Below, in pieces: positions 1 through 12,349 of a stretch of 64,000 nt of DNA. The stretch covers positions 181,724,001-181,788,000 of the forward strand of contig NC_058368.1 of the NCBI RefSeq assembly GCF_018350175.1. Reading direction: 5' to 3'. Position 1 is the stretch's first letter. Every line of letters starts with the position of its first letter. Source of the stretch: Felis catus (taxonomy: Eukaryota). Made by a program: the position numbers and the translations under genes. Under the pieces are notes generated by a model. It did no database searches. It was given only the letters and a program-made list of their open reading frames with translations, and was not told the DNA's origin.

Positions 1-125
1 TCCCCTCACTAGAATATGAGCTCCAAGTGTAAGGGGATATCGTTAGTCTAAGTCACTGTGTCTCCAGAACCCATGGCATGCTTGACATGCTGAAAGCATT
101 TGATAAATACATGCTGAAATGATGG
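1..125 (+). mobile_element. L2 LINE 3' end fragment
   Basis: 'cactagaatatgagctcc...tttgataaatacatgctgaaatga' resembles the L2 3' terminus (recalled consensus). Confidence 0.55.
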
Positions 126-1504
126 TTGGATGCAGGGACTAGAGTTTAATGTGGAAGGAAAATGAGATCAATGGACGGGCAAATTCACAAGTTTAGAGAT
201 AATCTTTGTGAATGCTTTTCATTCTGGGTGTGTTTGATCTGGGACAATACAAGACTTCTATATAGTAAGGAACGGTAAACAGCCGATAAAACCTGTTAAG
301 AAACTGTAAGCCAAATTATTTTTGTCTTCTTTATTCTGGTTTTTATGGTTACTGAGAGGCCACAACTCCATGAGGAGAAGGATCCTGAGAGCAACAGAGC
401 TATCAGTCAGAAGACGAGACTAAGCTGAAAGATTTCATGGCCATCAACCGCCATGAAAATAAACCTTGGGTAATTCACAGCCAATAGAACATTGCACTTT
501 TACAAGTCCATAACCTTGATCTCCACAACAAAGACATAAGTAATCTAACAAATCACATCCTGTGACATAAGTCTATACGACTAACATTACTTTCCTGAAT
601 AGGAAGTGAAATCATAATCTATGTCACCTGCCAAGTGAGTTCACCAAAATAATCAACTCACTGTCTGGCCTCAAATTCTCCCACTAGCAATGAGAAGAGG
701 GACTCCCAAACCTTGGATGCCAAGGCAAGTATATACAACAAACAAGAATGACCCCCTCTCACCTGTGCCCTAGCTCCCACTTAGGCTCCTCAAGGGCAAG
801 TTTCTCACCCTCTCTCATTAAGTGACAAAAGAACCCAGAGACTTACTAGTATTTATATGTAAGACTTCATTTTTAAATTCACAGTTTATACCTTTCCATA
901 AATGCTGAAACTGCACTTGTCCATGCTCAGAATAAAACCCAAACATTTAATCATTCACACTGGGAATTGTAGATATTATGACCCATAGCTAGGTTTAAGT
1001 TCACCTTTCTGTGATGAAGACAGGGTTTATTAAAAAGAAATAATAGTACAAATTACTACAGACTGTATAATTCCTTACTTATAAATTAATGGATTTCACC
1101 ATTTATTTTTAGTTACAATGGCTCCTGCTCAGGATGAATGCTGTTAACTATTTCCTTGCACAAGAAAAGTGGAGAAAGTAGTGATGAGCAGTTAGAGTTA
1201 CTGCAGGAACCAAAAAGCATTAACTTTCCTTTCCCAAGAATTTATATTTCAGAAGGTCCTAAACTTCTGAACAGGTAATTTAACCTGTTTTTTTTTCCTT
1301 AATATCTATAAAATGGATAATTATACTATCTGGTGCACATGGGTGCTTTGAGGAACAAACATTATGATGTTTTATAAAGGAATGGGCAAAATACCAGGCA
1401 CATATTCATACCTCACATTTGTTCATTTGCTATTGTATCATTTTACTATCACTCATCCAAAAAGCTGTGTCCCTCATTGTTGTCATATTAAAAAAATAAC
1501 TCTA

Positions 1505-1710
1505 GGGGTGACTGGGTGGCTTAGTCAGTTGAGCATCCGACTTCAGCTCAGGTCATGATCTTGCATTTGTGGGTTTGAGCCCTGCGTCGGGCTCAGTGCT
1601 GACAGCTCACAGCCTGGAGCCTGCTTCGGATTCTGTGTCTCCCTCTCTCTCTCCCCCTCCCCCGCTCATGCTCTGTTTCTCAAAATAAATTATTAATTAA
1701 AAAAATTTTA
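1505..1710 (+). mobile_element. CAN-SINE (feline SINEC type)
   Basis: tRNA-like head gggg..tgggtggcttagtcagttgagc, CT-rich linker, AATAAA/A tail; degenerate TSD aaaaataactcta / aacaatagcttta. Confidence 0.95.
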
Positions 1711-2949
1711 AAACAATAGCTTTAGTTTCATAAAAGTTGTGCCACACAAAAACAAAAAAAAGTCCCACTGAAAACAAACAGAGTGTTTGGGGAGGGATAT
1801 AAATTACCATGGTGAAATTTTTAAAGTAAAAACTATCAGCTATAATGAAATAGTAGTTTTGCCCAAATAGCCATAAAGTAGCAGAATAGCTAACTCTATC
1901 AGGTACCCAAGCAGGAGATTTTTTTATTCACCTTATGAAAAAATGAATCGTTTGCCAAAATGTATCACTCCATATATTCTCACCTAGCACTGCCATCGTC
2001 ATTCACATATCCACCAAGCTGTCCATTAAAATGCCAAATGGGCAGTATCTTCAGGCAAATGGTTTGACTTCTTAAAAGATCTAGTTTCTTTGTAAAATTT
2101 TATTGCTGTTCTGATGCCAACTTGCACCACATATTTTACTTCCTATGCTTCATATCCAAACTGAACTAAGAACTGTATCCTAAAACCAATAAAAAATTCA
2201 ATTACATTTTGGGATAAATTCCAGTGATATCTTTAATACTAACTTACCCATTTAAGAAGTATAGTAGAAGTCTCTATGAAAAATGCTCTTAATTCAGATA
2301 CTTTTCTGGCTGACATTACCAGCAACCTAAAAACCAGTGTGATGGATGGAAAAAGTTAAAAATATTTCACTATGTGGTTCTAACATTTCACAAGCACAAG
2401 TGCTGGGAACTAGATTTAAGCTTTAATTAGGAAACGTATATATCACAGGCTTGCTCCTTTTCTACGATGCGGGGAAAAAGCGTTTTTATGTGCGTGAATT
2501 GAAATGTAGAGATCAATAAAAATCAAGTTTGACAACACCAAGACCAAAGAAGCTTTGAGGAATTTGGATATTTAAAAGATTACCTCCATAAATGTGGGAC
2601 CACAGCACTTAATTATTCTATCATTGGGGCTACAAACTAGAAACAGAAATCTTTAACTTAAATATTATTAGACATTTTAACACTTCATTCTAAAGACAAA
2701 GGGTACTTCACAAAACATCTGTTAATTATATAGCCATTTATTTGTTTTGAACAATATATATCTTTATATTTCTAATTATTGAAAGTAAGAAGAAAGGCAC
2801 AGTCATACAGAAAGAATAACGAATGGGTTGGAAAGGAAAGGAAAGGTGAACAGCACAAGGGAGCAAGAAGTGTAGGAAAGAACGTTTCTATTTCTTTGCT
2901 CAGATTAGCCACAGGAGAGAATGGGATAGAGTGGGATGGGTGGGTGGGC

Positions 2950-2990
2950 ATGTGTGCATGTGTGTGTGTGTGTGTCTGTGTGTGTGTGTG
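2950..2990. repeat. imperfect (TG)n microsatellite
   Basis: Direct reading. Confidence 0.9.
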
Positions 2991-3159
2991 CATGTGGGCA
3001 CCTGATCATTTAATCAATATAAGCCATCACAACAGACAATTCAAGCCTAAAATTTAACTTTGGAGCTCACGTCTCTTTTGAAGGGTGTAAATGAGTTGAT
3101 CTGAATGGCACAATGGAGTTGATCCTCTCACGTTTTCTGGTGGAAGTTCATTTTCTTAC

Positions 3160-3478
3160 AAGTGCTTGATAACCACACACTTGAACAGCCAGGCCTCTGA
3201 TCCGTTTCCTGTCATGTCTCGATGTGAAGCACAAAGCTGGAAGTGGGACAGCCTGCAGGACCGATGCTAAAAGCTTTGTTGTGGGAATTCCTAAAGCGTA
3301 TTCCTATAAATAGGACGGTCTGCATTTACTCGAGTTGTGCACAATGACCCAAATAGGGATGATGCATATGATTCACAAATGTGTACGTCAATACGCTGGG
3401 AATCGAAGGGGCAGGCACCGTTCCCAAACGTGGATGTTTCCTTAGAAACATCCTCCGTATTTTGATCTGTCTCTCCTT
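3160..3478 (-). other. candidate internal exon of the minus-strand gene (speculative)
   Basis: Acceptor-like tttgtctcaaaattcatttAG|AAGG at 3480-3479; donor-like CTT|GTAAGA at 3159-3158; about a dozen CpGs in an otherwise CpG-poor, AT-rich context. Confidence 0.25.
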
Positions 3479-3699
3479 CTAAATGAATTTTGAGACAAAG
3501 TCTAAACAAATAGCTACAAGAAAATAGTTTTAACATATATGTATACAAAGAGTTCAGATATCCCAACACAAACATATCCTGAAAATTGTTAGGAAAAAGG
3601 TAGCACACCCAATATGAAATATACTGCCAATTCACAAAGATAATGCAAATGGAAAAATAGAGCACTACAAACAAAACCCACATACGAGAGCAAGCCCGA

Positions 3700-4290
3700 C
3701 TTCTCTAGTAATCACGTAAGCGGAAATTATAACAAAAACCATTTCAGACTAATTAGATTAGGGGCAATTTTTAAAAACTGTTAATACTCAGTGTGATTAA
3801 GGGTATAGGAAAAGGGTACAGGCAGGCACACTCATCCGTTGCTGGAAGGAGTATGAATTACTGCCAACATTTTTGTGTTTTCTTCTGGCTCTATTTTTTT
3901 TAAGCTTATTTATTTATTTTGAGAGAGACAGAAACAGAACAAGCTGAGGAGGGGCAGAGGGAGAGGGGGACAAGAGGACCTGAAATGGGCTCTGTGCTAA
4001 TGGCAGAGAGCCCGATGCAGGGCTCAAACCCACAAATGGTGAGATTATGAACTGAGCCAAAGTCAAATGCCTAAGCAACTGAGCTACCCAGGGACCCCTC
4101 TTCTGGATCTATTAAAATTTAAAAATGACAACAGCTCAATGTTAGGAAGCTTCTATCCTACAACAACAACAACAACAGCAAAAACAGCTGCATGTCAGGA
4201 TGTTTATAGAAGTTTGAAAATTGAAGGAAAGGTTGCAAGAGCCAAAACTATAAATTAGTTAAATGTCCATTAACATGGAAGAAATCATAA
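3700..4290 (+). mobile_element. old L1 (L1M-type) 3' fragment, interrupted by a SINE
   Basis: 'cactcatccgttgctggaaggagtatgaatt' and 'taaatgtccattaacatgga' resemble the end of L1 ORF2; similar sequence resumes near 4670-4770. Confidence 0.55.
3896..4098 (-). mobile_element. CAN-SINE
   Basis: Reverse SINE body; 15-bp TSD tcttctgg(c/a)tctatt at 3881-3895 and 4099-4113. Confidence 0.95.
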
Positions 4291-4301
4291 TGCACACTAG
4301 A

Positions 4302-4645
4302 TGTTTTAGATTGAATTCCCTAGAAACAGACCCTGAAACAGGATTCATGTAAACTGACTTATTTGGATGTGCTTTAGGAAAAGCAGGTAAGGAAGGGGGA
4401 CACAGAAGGAAGGGAGGCCAGTGTGCAGTCTCAAGCAGTGACCCATAGTAGCTAACTGGCTGAGTTGTACAGAGAGATTATGGAGGCCACTGGGGTCATG
4501 GTCAGCCTAGACAGACCCCTGCACCTGTCAGTTCCAGGCTCCACCAATGGGATATAAATCAGATTCTGGCATCTGGAGCCAAGTCCCTCAGAGAGCAGAT
4601 GTTGGCTGGTGGGAGTGAAAGTGCACCAGGAGCCAGTGGGCATAA
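4302..4645 (+). mobile_element. MaLR LTR fragment (MLT1-like), nested in the old L1
   Basis: Start 'tgttttagattgaattccctagaaacagaccctgaaacaggatt...ttatttgg' matches the recalled MLT1 terminus; strand and subfamily uncertain. Confidence 0.6.
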
Positions 4646-5329
4646 AATAGATTGAACCTTACCTGCTACTCATGGGTATTATGTGCTATAAAAATGAATG
4701 AATTAGAGACATACATTTAACTATAGAATTGACCATGATATATGAGTAGAGTAGGGGAGAATGTATAATACGAATAAGACACCAGATTTTCTTTTCTGCA
4801 AGTGGGAAGCCTTATTTAATTCTTTATTTCTATAAGACTATTGTAGAGTATGAAATGATAAGCATCAAGATATTAAAATAAAAACTACTATGGGATGGTG
4901 GGGAAAGAGTAGACTGAAGGAATAGCAAACAAAACTAGCACTTATCTATCTTTCTATCTGCTTTTATACTTTTGTTTTGCCTTTGCATGAATTGCGTCCA
5001 TAAATTAACAGACAAATAAGGTAAAAGATCAAACATGCTTCATCAAAATTAACTTCTATAAGCTCTTTTCCTTTAATTGAAAAATTCTCAGATTAAAATA
5101 TTTTCTCAGAGTTAATAGGCTTGCCCTTTTAACTGCATGCTGAGAAATGCCTTTGGGATTTAAGTCTACATATGCGATCCTGAAATTAACAGACAAGTAC
5201 ACACAGTCATTCTGGGCAATGGGGGAATAAGGCAGAAAGAAATGGAAATATGTATGTTAAAGCATTGCAATAATATTCAAAATGCAAGCATCTCCATTAA
5301 TTATAAAGCTCTAAGGAATCAATAGCAGG

Positions 5330-5690
5330 AGAACGGGTAAATGAATGAAAATGCATTAAACAGAATCATGTACTACACAGGCATTAAATTATGTTTTTGA
5401 AGAATTTTTACTGGCTTAAAAAACATGATATAATGTGAGATTTTAAAAAAGGAATGTGTAGTACTGTATAAATAAATGATTCTTATTACGTACTTAAATG
5501 TATCAGGTACCTACATTTCTGTAGTACACATATACATACATGTAAATAAGAATGCATTTCTTTAGAAGAACACATACCATCTACATTTTAATAGTGGTTT
5601 TACCTAGGTTATGGGAATATGGCTGATTTTAGAAGTTTTTCTTTCTTTAATTTTTGCATTTTCTTTCAATGTCATGTTTTATTAGCATTT
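5330..5690 (+). mobile_element. old L1 3' UTR fragment
   Basis: 'tactacacaggcattaaa' and 'ttaatagtggttttacctaggttatggga' are L1M 3'-end-like motifs. Confidence 0.45.
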
Positions 5691-5751
5691 TCAAATAAAA
5701 CCAAATCAAGTGATAAAACAACTTTCTTCTTTAAAAAAAAACTGGGAGTGA

Positions 5752-5978
5752 TTTTTTTTAAGCTTTATTTTATGTATTTTGAGAGAGAGACAGTGAGAGA
5801 GACAGAGAGTGCACATGAGTGGGGGGAGGGGCAGAGAGTGAGGAGAGAGAATCCCAAGCAGGCTCCACACTGTCAGCACAGAGCCTGATGAGGGGCTTGA
5901 ACTCACCAACTGTGAGATCATGACCTGAGCCGAAATCAAGATTTGGACATTTAACAAACTGAGCCACCCAGGTGCTCC
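5752..5978 (-). mobile_element. CAN-SINE
   Basis: Reverse SINE body; TSD-like aaaacaactt..ttctt at about 5715 and 5980. Confidence 0.95.
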
Positions 5979-6780
5979 AAAAACAACTTGTTTCTTAAAA
6001 ACTACTTACTGTAAAGAAATAAGTTCCCATATACTTAGCAATGTTAACAGATCAATAGTGGAAAAGGGGTGTATGCATATCCTCTTCTCTTATTGAACTG
6101 ACCCAAAACTCCTTAAAAAATATCTGGTGTCTGGCCATTCTTATATTTTACAAACCTCATGGTAAACATAGTAATATGGTTGGCTAGCCACGGAGTAGTT
6201 GGGATCTGAGTGCACAATTTCAGGACTCCTAGGTTGGCTTCAAATAAGTGGGAGGGAACCTCCAAACTGCAGGTCCTTAAGAATGAGGAATGCTAACCTA
6301 GACTCAAAGGGCTGTATTTGCCGCCTCTCTATTATGTCCTATTACAATTAAATTAGACTTCAGCAGTTAGAACAAAAATGAGCATTGACTATCCATAAGT
6401 ACATCTACAGGTATCAAAAGAAGTGAAGATTCCTTAATAAGTTAAACATATTGGAAACATGCCATGGAGTTAAAAGTTTGGTATAGTACATATTATTTAT
6501 GGCAAGAGATCATCTTGTCTTCTGCACTTTTAGAAGGCAAGGAAGCCATTTTTAAAAGTCTAAAATGGTGGGAAAAGAGCACCCTTCTATCATTATTATT
6601 AAATACCAATGGTGTTCTTAAAGAATGTTCTGCAGGTTTCAATCAGAAACTGACATTCTGTTGACTGACACACTAATGAAATGCATATACCTGATACACA
6701 GGGAGAGGTGACAAATCTTTACATCTTTTAAATGTTCCTACCCCCAACAGACTATTTGTAACATTCAAGAGATCTTCCTG

Positions 6781-7007
6781 GGGGCACCTGGGTGGCTCAG
6801 TGGGTTAAGCTCAGTGGGTTAAGCATCGGCTCAGGTCATGATCTTAAGGTATGTGAGTCTGAGTCCTGCGTGGGCTCTGTGCTAACAGCTGAGAGCTTGG
6901 AGCCTGCTTCGGATTCTGTGTCTCCTTCTCTCTCAGCCCCCACGCCGCTCGTTCTCTGTCTCTGTCTCTCAAAAATAAGCAAACATTGAAGAAAAATAAA
7001 AATAAAC
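6781..7007 (+). mobile_element. CAN-SINE with a duplicated A-box region
   Basis: Perfect 13-bp TSD agagatcttcctg (6768-6780, 7008-7020); tandem gctcagtgggttaa at 6795-6822. Confidence 0.95.
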
Positions 7008-8528
7008 AGAGATCTTCCTGTAAATTTATATATACGACATGCAGAAACATAAATGCCACTACAGAAGAAAGCCCTTGAATCCATCCCGACCGCATCGCCT
7101 TGGAAACAGCGAGGCAGCATATAGACTCACGGAATTCCAATAAAAAGAAAAACCAAACCAAAACAGATTCCTTCCTAGACTTTGTTTTTTAAAAAATTCC
7201 CTGATAAAATGGTTCTTAATAACTTGCATTGTAGAAGTTTTCTGGACCTTTTAAATTTTGTAAATGGATGACTGAATTAATTTATTTTTCCTAACTCAGC
7301 ATTCCAATCATATTAGGAAAACAGCTGGAAAGAAAGGTCAGTTCCAAAGTGAGGTCTAGGTGAATAATATGTTTGACTAAGTTCTTTTTACTTAATTTTA
7401 AAGTACATCTGCCAGGCTTCCTTTCCACATTCCTATCACTCAAGCAGGCTGCATGGTAGAAGGAAAGTGCTTCTTGGACATTCAATAGTGAAGGCCTGCT
7501 AACCCAGGGGAGCACAGAGCCTAAAATGAACACATACCACCAGCTGGAAAACTATTTAAAATATTTTTTCGATATCAAGTTTTATTTCCCTACTAATGTA
7601 CCTACTCATAACAAAACAATAAGCCACATACTTATTCAAAGAGTAAAAATATTTCCCATCTTTGATTTTAAACACGATGATGTCTTAAAAAGCAAATCCA
7701 AAGGATCTGGCAAAATACAGTATAGAATATTCTTGCTACTATCTTCTTTTCAGCTGTTCTTTTTCCTGCTTAAAATAAAAAAAAAAAGGGACCAGATTAC
7801 ATAATACTGCCACAAATAAATAACTTTTATAAGTGATGGCTTCTCTATATACTGTAAAATGATACTTTATTCAAGGGCAGCAAATAGCTAGCTTAAGGTA
7901 AACATGGTATAGTTTATATGAAACATGATTTTTGTTACAGATATAAAAAAAAAAGAAGCCGAACTTTTCTTTTGCCAAGATATAACAGGATTTCTCATTT
8001 TTCAAATGAGACACAAAACCAAGTATTTTCTTCATCAGTAAAAACTAGAATTAAATGTTTTCTTGAAATATCTTTCAGTGACTAAGTTTTAAATCATCCT
8101 TCAATACATCAAACTCAATCTATCCTAATGGAGAAATACAGCACTGTGAATTACCCGTTATGTTGGAGAATCCAGAAGTCGTTTTAATTGGTTTTGAATG
8201 AAAGCATTATTCTGCATTTCTAATCATGTTTCTACCCCTAAGGCTAATATTAAAAATGAATTACAATTCCTGAGCAAAGGAACTGACTCGGAATCATGGC
8301 TGGGATTAACATTTTGTTGCAGATAATCCACAAACTAGAGAGTCCAAAAGCCTATAACTGAAAGTTGAGTGTATTTTCTAAGTAAGAAGCTAACACGCTC
8401 ATTAGACACACTCCTTGTTAATAATGAACAATCTGAAAATGTAAAGTGCTGTACATTCTATTGTACAATACGGGTCTCTCTTCCAAGATTACCAGTCTAA
8501 GTATTTATTCACTGAATTTTCTATTTCT

Positions 8529-8757
8529 TTCTTTTTTTTTTTTTAATTTTTTTTCAACGTTTATTTATTTTTGGGACAGAGAGAGACAGAGCATGAACGG
8601 GGGAGGGGCAGAGAGAGAGGGAGACACAAAATCGGAAACAGGCTCCAGGCTCAGAGCCATCAGCCCAGAGCCTGACGCGGGGCTCGAACTCACGGACCGT
8701 GAGATCGTGACCTGGCTGAAGTCGGACGCTTAACCAACTGCGCCACCCCGGCGCCCC
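8529..8757 (-). mobile_element. young feline CAN-SINE (SINEC_Fc-like)
   Basis: CpGs largely intact; perfect 16-bp TSD tgaattttctatttct (8513-8528, 8758-8773). Confidence 0.97.
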
Positions 8758-11319
8758 TGAATTTTCTATTTCTAAAAAGGAGATACTTACAGGGTTAACT
8801 GTCTTGCCCTGAAATGATGTAGATCTTCAAAATGCCTTTATGATTTCAAGATATAAAACAAGTTCTACCTTACCAACCACGCAACAAATGGTGATTGTCA
8901 ATCACAAATACACATTACAGAGAGTTTAAAGTAAATTTGACCTTGTGGTCACAGTGAATTAAATTATGCTATAAGACAGAAGCTTATCATTTGTGCCATG
9001 AAGTGATTTCAACTAAAACTTCAAATATTTATGAGGAATGATACACTGACCTATTCACTGACAATTAAGCAACTCTGAGGTGAGCACTAGAACGTATTTG
9101 CGTAATGAAAATACCCTTCCCCCAATTATCCAAATTACAGTTTAAAAGGAAAAGAACACTGTAGAAGAGGTTTTTGTTTGTAGGAACATTTTAATGAGGT
9201 GATAGGTATCTTAATAAGTGTTCTTGGGTGAAGACACCTGGATTATTAAATGGCAGTTCTTCTGTATCCTATATTAATTCATAGAAAGATTCTATCATGT
9301 CTGTTTAATTTATTAGAGACTTGAAGTACTTAGTATCACTTGCATGGTTTAAAGTAAACCAATTTAAACAAAAGATGAAATAAATGGTAAGTTTGGATGA
9401 TTTAGATTTTTCTGCTCTTTTTTTCTTTTAGTTTAACAATAATTCACTACAATTACAAATCAGGATGATCTGCATGAAATTAACTTCAAAGCAGCTTTGC
9501 AAATGAGTCCTAGAGGGTTTTATGAAAAAATGTCACCAGGCAAAAAGAATTTTAAATATATTAATTATATTTAATTATATTTTATGTGGAGGATCTTTAA
9601 ATTAAAGGGAAAAATCCATATCATTGCAAAATGACCTCTTGAGTATCTATTACTTTTTAAGAAGAAACCCTTACCTAATTAAATAAATAATTAGGAATAA
9701 TTAAAAGACTATTATCATTATTATATTATCATTATTTACTGATTAACAAATTTTGAATGCTTATAAATTATTTTACTCTAGTCTGTTTTAACTGATAGTT
9801 ATAATTCTTTTCTCAAGATGAGATTTTAAATATAGTGTTAATCTTTTATTTTAAAGATAAAGAACTAGCATGCAATTTAATATCTTATGATTACTTTCAT
9901 TTAGACAATACAACAAGTTTTACAGATGTTTTTACAAGTTGTTTCCTTGCTTTTTGGTCCAAATTTACCCTTTTAGGAGGTTAAACTAAATGTTCTCCTA
10001 AATGATTTACAGATCCAAAATGCCTCTGCTCTTCCAGTGATATTTTTCTGAAAAAGATCGTTCTTTCATCGTTCTTTTTCATATGAACTACAGAGTCTGT
10101 CCAAAAATATCCCTTGTCATTTTACTGTTACAAGAATGGTATAATATTATTGTGAATAGAATCAATTTGATTTAAATGCAAAAACAATTTTTATGATGAA
10201 TTAAATGAACCTGAGCAAGTAACTCTTTCCGTAAGAAACTCACTGAATACGTAACAAGCAAGAGCAACAGAAAGGAAAATAAAATAAGCAATTGGAGACT
10301 CCAAAGACATTTGTCTATTAAAAAAGAGATGGGGGGGCGGGGGGAGAGAACTGGAAGGGTAGTCAAATTCCAGCTATCAACAAGTTTGTACTATGTGCTT
10401 TTCTGTATGAAACAATCACTGTCACCCGTACAGTGATTATTATTTCTTTTGATCCAATGGGCTGTTCTCATAGATATGGTGGAAAGCAACATTTGCAATA
10501 AAATGTGACAAGGCAGGTTTTTGCAGCCAGCTTTGGAGAGCCTGAAATTTGATTGAATCTAATAGTCAAGGACCGTGCAAAAGTAAGAGACATTTAACTT
10601 GCATTTGTTATTATTGTTACTGTTCAGATTTTTGTTTTTTATTCCACTTTGGATAGGTCTTGTTGGACAGTGCTCTTTTCATGAGATGAAGTATAATGGC
10701 AGATGTCCACGCATACCATAACTTCTCCAACCCCATAAATCAAGTTAGTACTGGTGTGTAGAGAAAGAAATCAAGATTCAAGATATAAGATTACTGCCTA
10801 CACTCTGGAGAATAAGAAACGTGAAATATGAATGCCTTGAGAATGATTTTTCCATAAGCCTGAAGAAAATGAGAGTAACTCATGATGCTGTTAGTGTTAG
10901 GAGATGATTTCCTTTCCATTATCTAACTTCAGTACCTTTAACCAAGGCTTATGCGTGAAGGTTATAAGGCCAAACTGTTTCCTTGAAACTGTAAACCTGT
11001 AAAGTGAAAACTTGAGTTTCTTATCAAATCAAAACGATGTCTTAATTTGGAAAGGTGGAACTTTTGGATTTAGACCAATTTCAGGTAGTTTTCACACCAG
11101 CCTATATTTTCATCTCCAAACCTCCACATGACAAGCTGATTAACTAATTGGCTAATGGACTAAACTGTCATTTTGTATCAAGCAAAGTAGAAATAATAGC
11201 AACAACACAAATAAAATTTTAATACACATGATAATCAGCTTACTTTTCCTCAAGAAGGTCTGAGGATTAGAGAGCTTTTACCTGAGTAAATTGTAAAATA
11301 TTTTAAAACCACCTAATTA

Positions 11320-11535
11320 GGGGCACCTGGATGGCTCAGTCAGTTAAGCATCCAACTTTGGCCCAGGTCATGATCTCCCAGTGAGTTCGAGCCCCACATT
11401 AGGCTCTGTGCTGACAGCTCAGAGCTTGGAGCCTGCTTTGGATTCTGGGTCTCCCTCTCTCTCTGTGCCCCTCCCCAACTTGTGTGCGCACTCTTTCTAC
11501 CTCTCTCAAAAATAAAAATAAAACATTGAAAACAA
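11320..11535 (+). mobile_element. CAN-SINE
   Basis: Typical head, CT linker and A tail; degenerate TSD aaaaccacctaatta / aaaacacccaatta. Confidence 0.95.
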
Positions 11536-12349
11536 AAACACCCAATTAAATTTTGGAAGGAAAATATTTCTATGAAGAAAGCAAGAGTTCCAACAAGCCT
11601 ATCTAGACACACAACCATTTATTTATACATTTATTTATAGCATTTATAATAAATTTAACCATTTATTCATTCCAAAAACTAGTTCTATGTGAGATACTGG
11701 GATATCATGATTAAATTTAAATTTTAAAAATATAAAATTTAAAAAACAGGATATTAAAAAATATCCTGTTTTTAAAATTTTCCAATCTATTTTCTCTGTT
11801 CTATTCAGTAAGTGGTCCCTAATCAAGCATCAGACCAAATGCATAATGATATACCCCAAAAATCTATAACATGACTCAAACATCTATTATTTTTGGCAAA
11901 GAGAATTATTTATCAGCTACATTTTTGGTGGACTTTTCTTTAAGCAACAAATACACAAATGAATTTAGTAGTTAGAGATTACTTTGGAATTATAAAGGTC
12001 TGCCTGCAGATTGATTTCCAATATGTTTCCAATCACAAACTTGTAAATGTAATTTACAAAATAAAATCCTCATCTGAACCATCCAATGTCATAAAGCAAA
12101 TTAAAATAAATTTCCTGATTATTAATGGTGATAGAGGAAATGTCTAACGATTCAGATAGGTTTTGGCATCTATAACTTGGTACTTGATAGAAATGTTTCC
12201 TTTCTTTTTGATCTTCCTGATCTCTATTTGGTTTTCACTTAAATTTTGGCTGGTTTAGGTCTGAAGTCTCATTAACTGACTGACCCAATGTAGCCCTGCC
12301 TTCCACTGCCTGTGATTTTTGCTAAAATTTAACAGTGGCTTCTTCATGA

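Noticed and set aside
3291..3683. 130-aa single-exon CDS
   Set aside because: The N-terminal half is T-rich, intron-like sequence with no recognisable homology; only the part below 3478 is kept as a speculative exon.
6781..6870. tRNA genes
   Set aside because: The tRNA-like A/B boxes are SINE heads and continue into SINE bodies.
1364..8733. ORFs such as MAQWVK.., FERQRQ.., NPKQAP.. (also near 11.3, 33.7, 38.0, 44.4, 55.0 and 58.6 kb)
   Set aside because: They are translations of CAN-SINEs.
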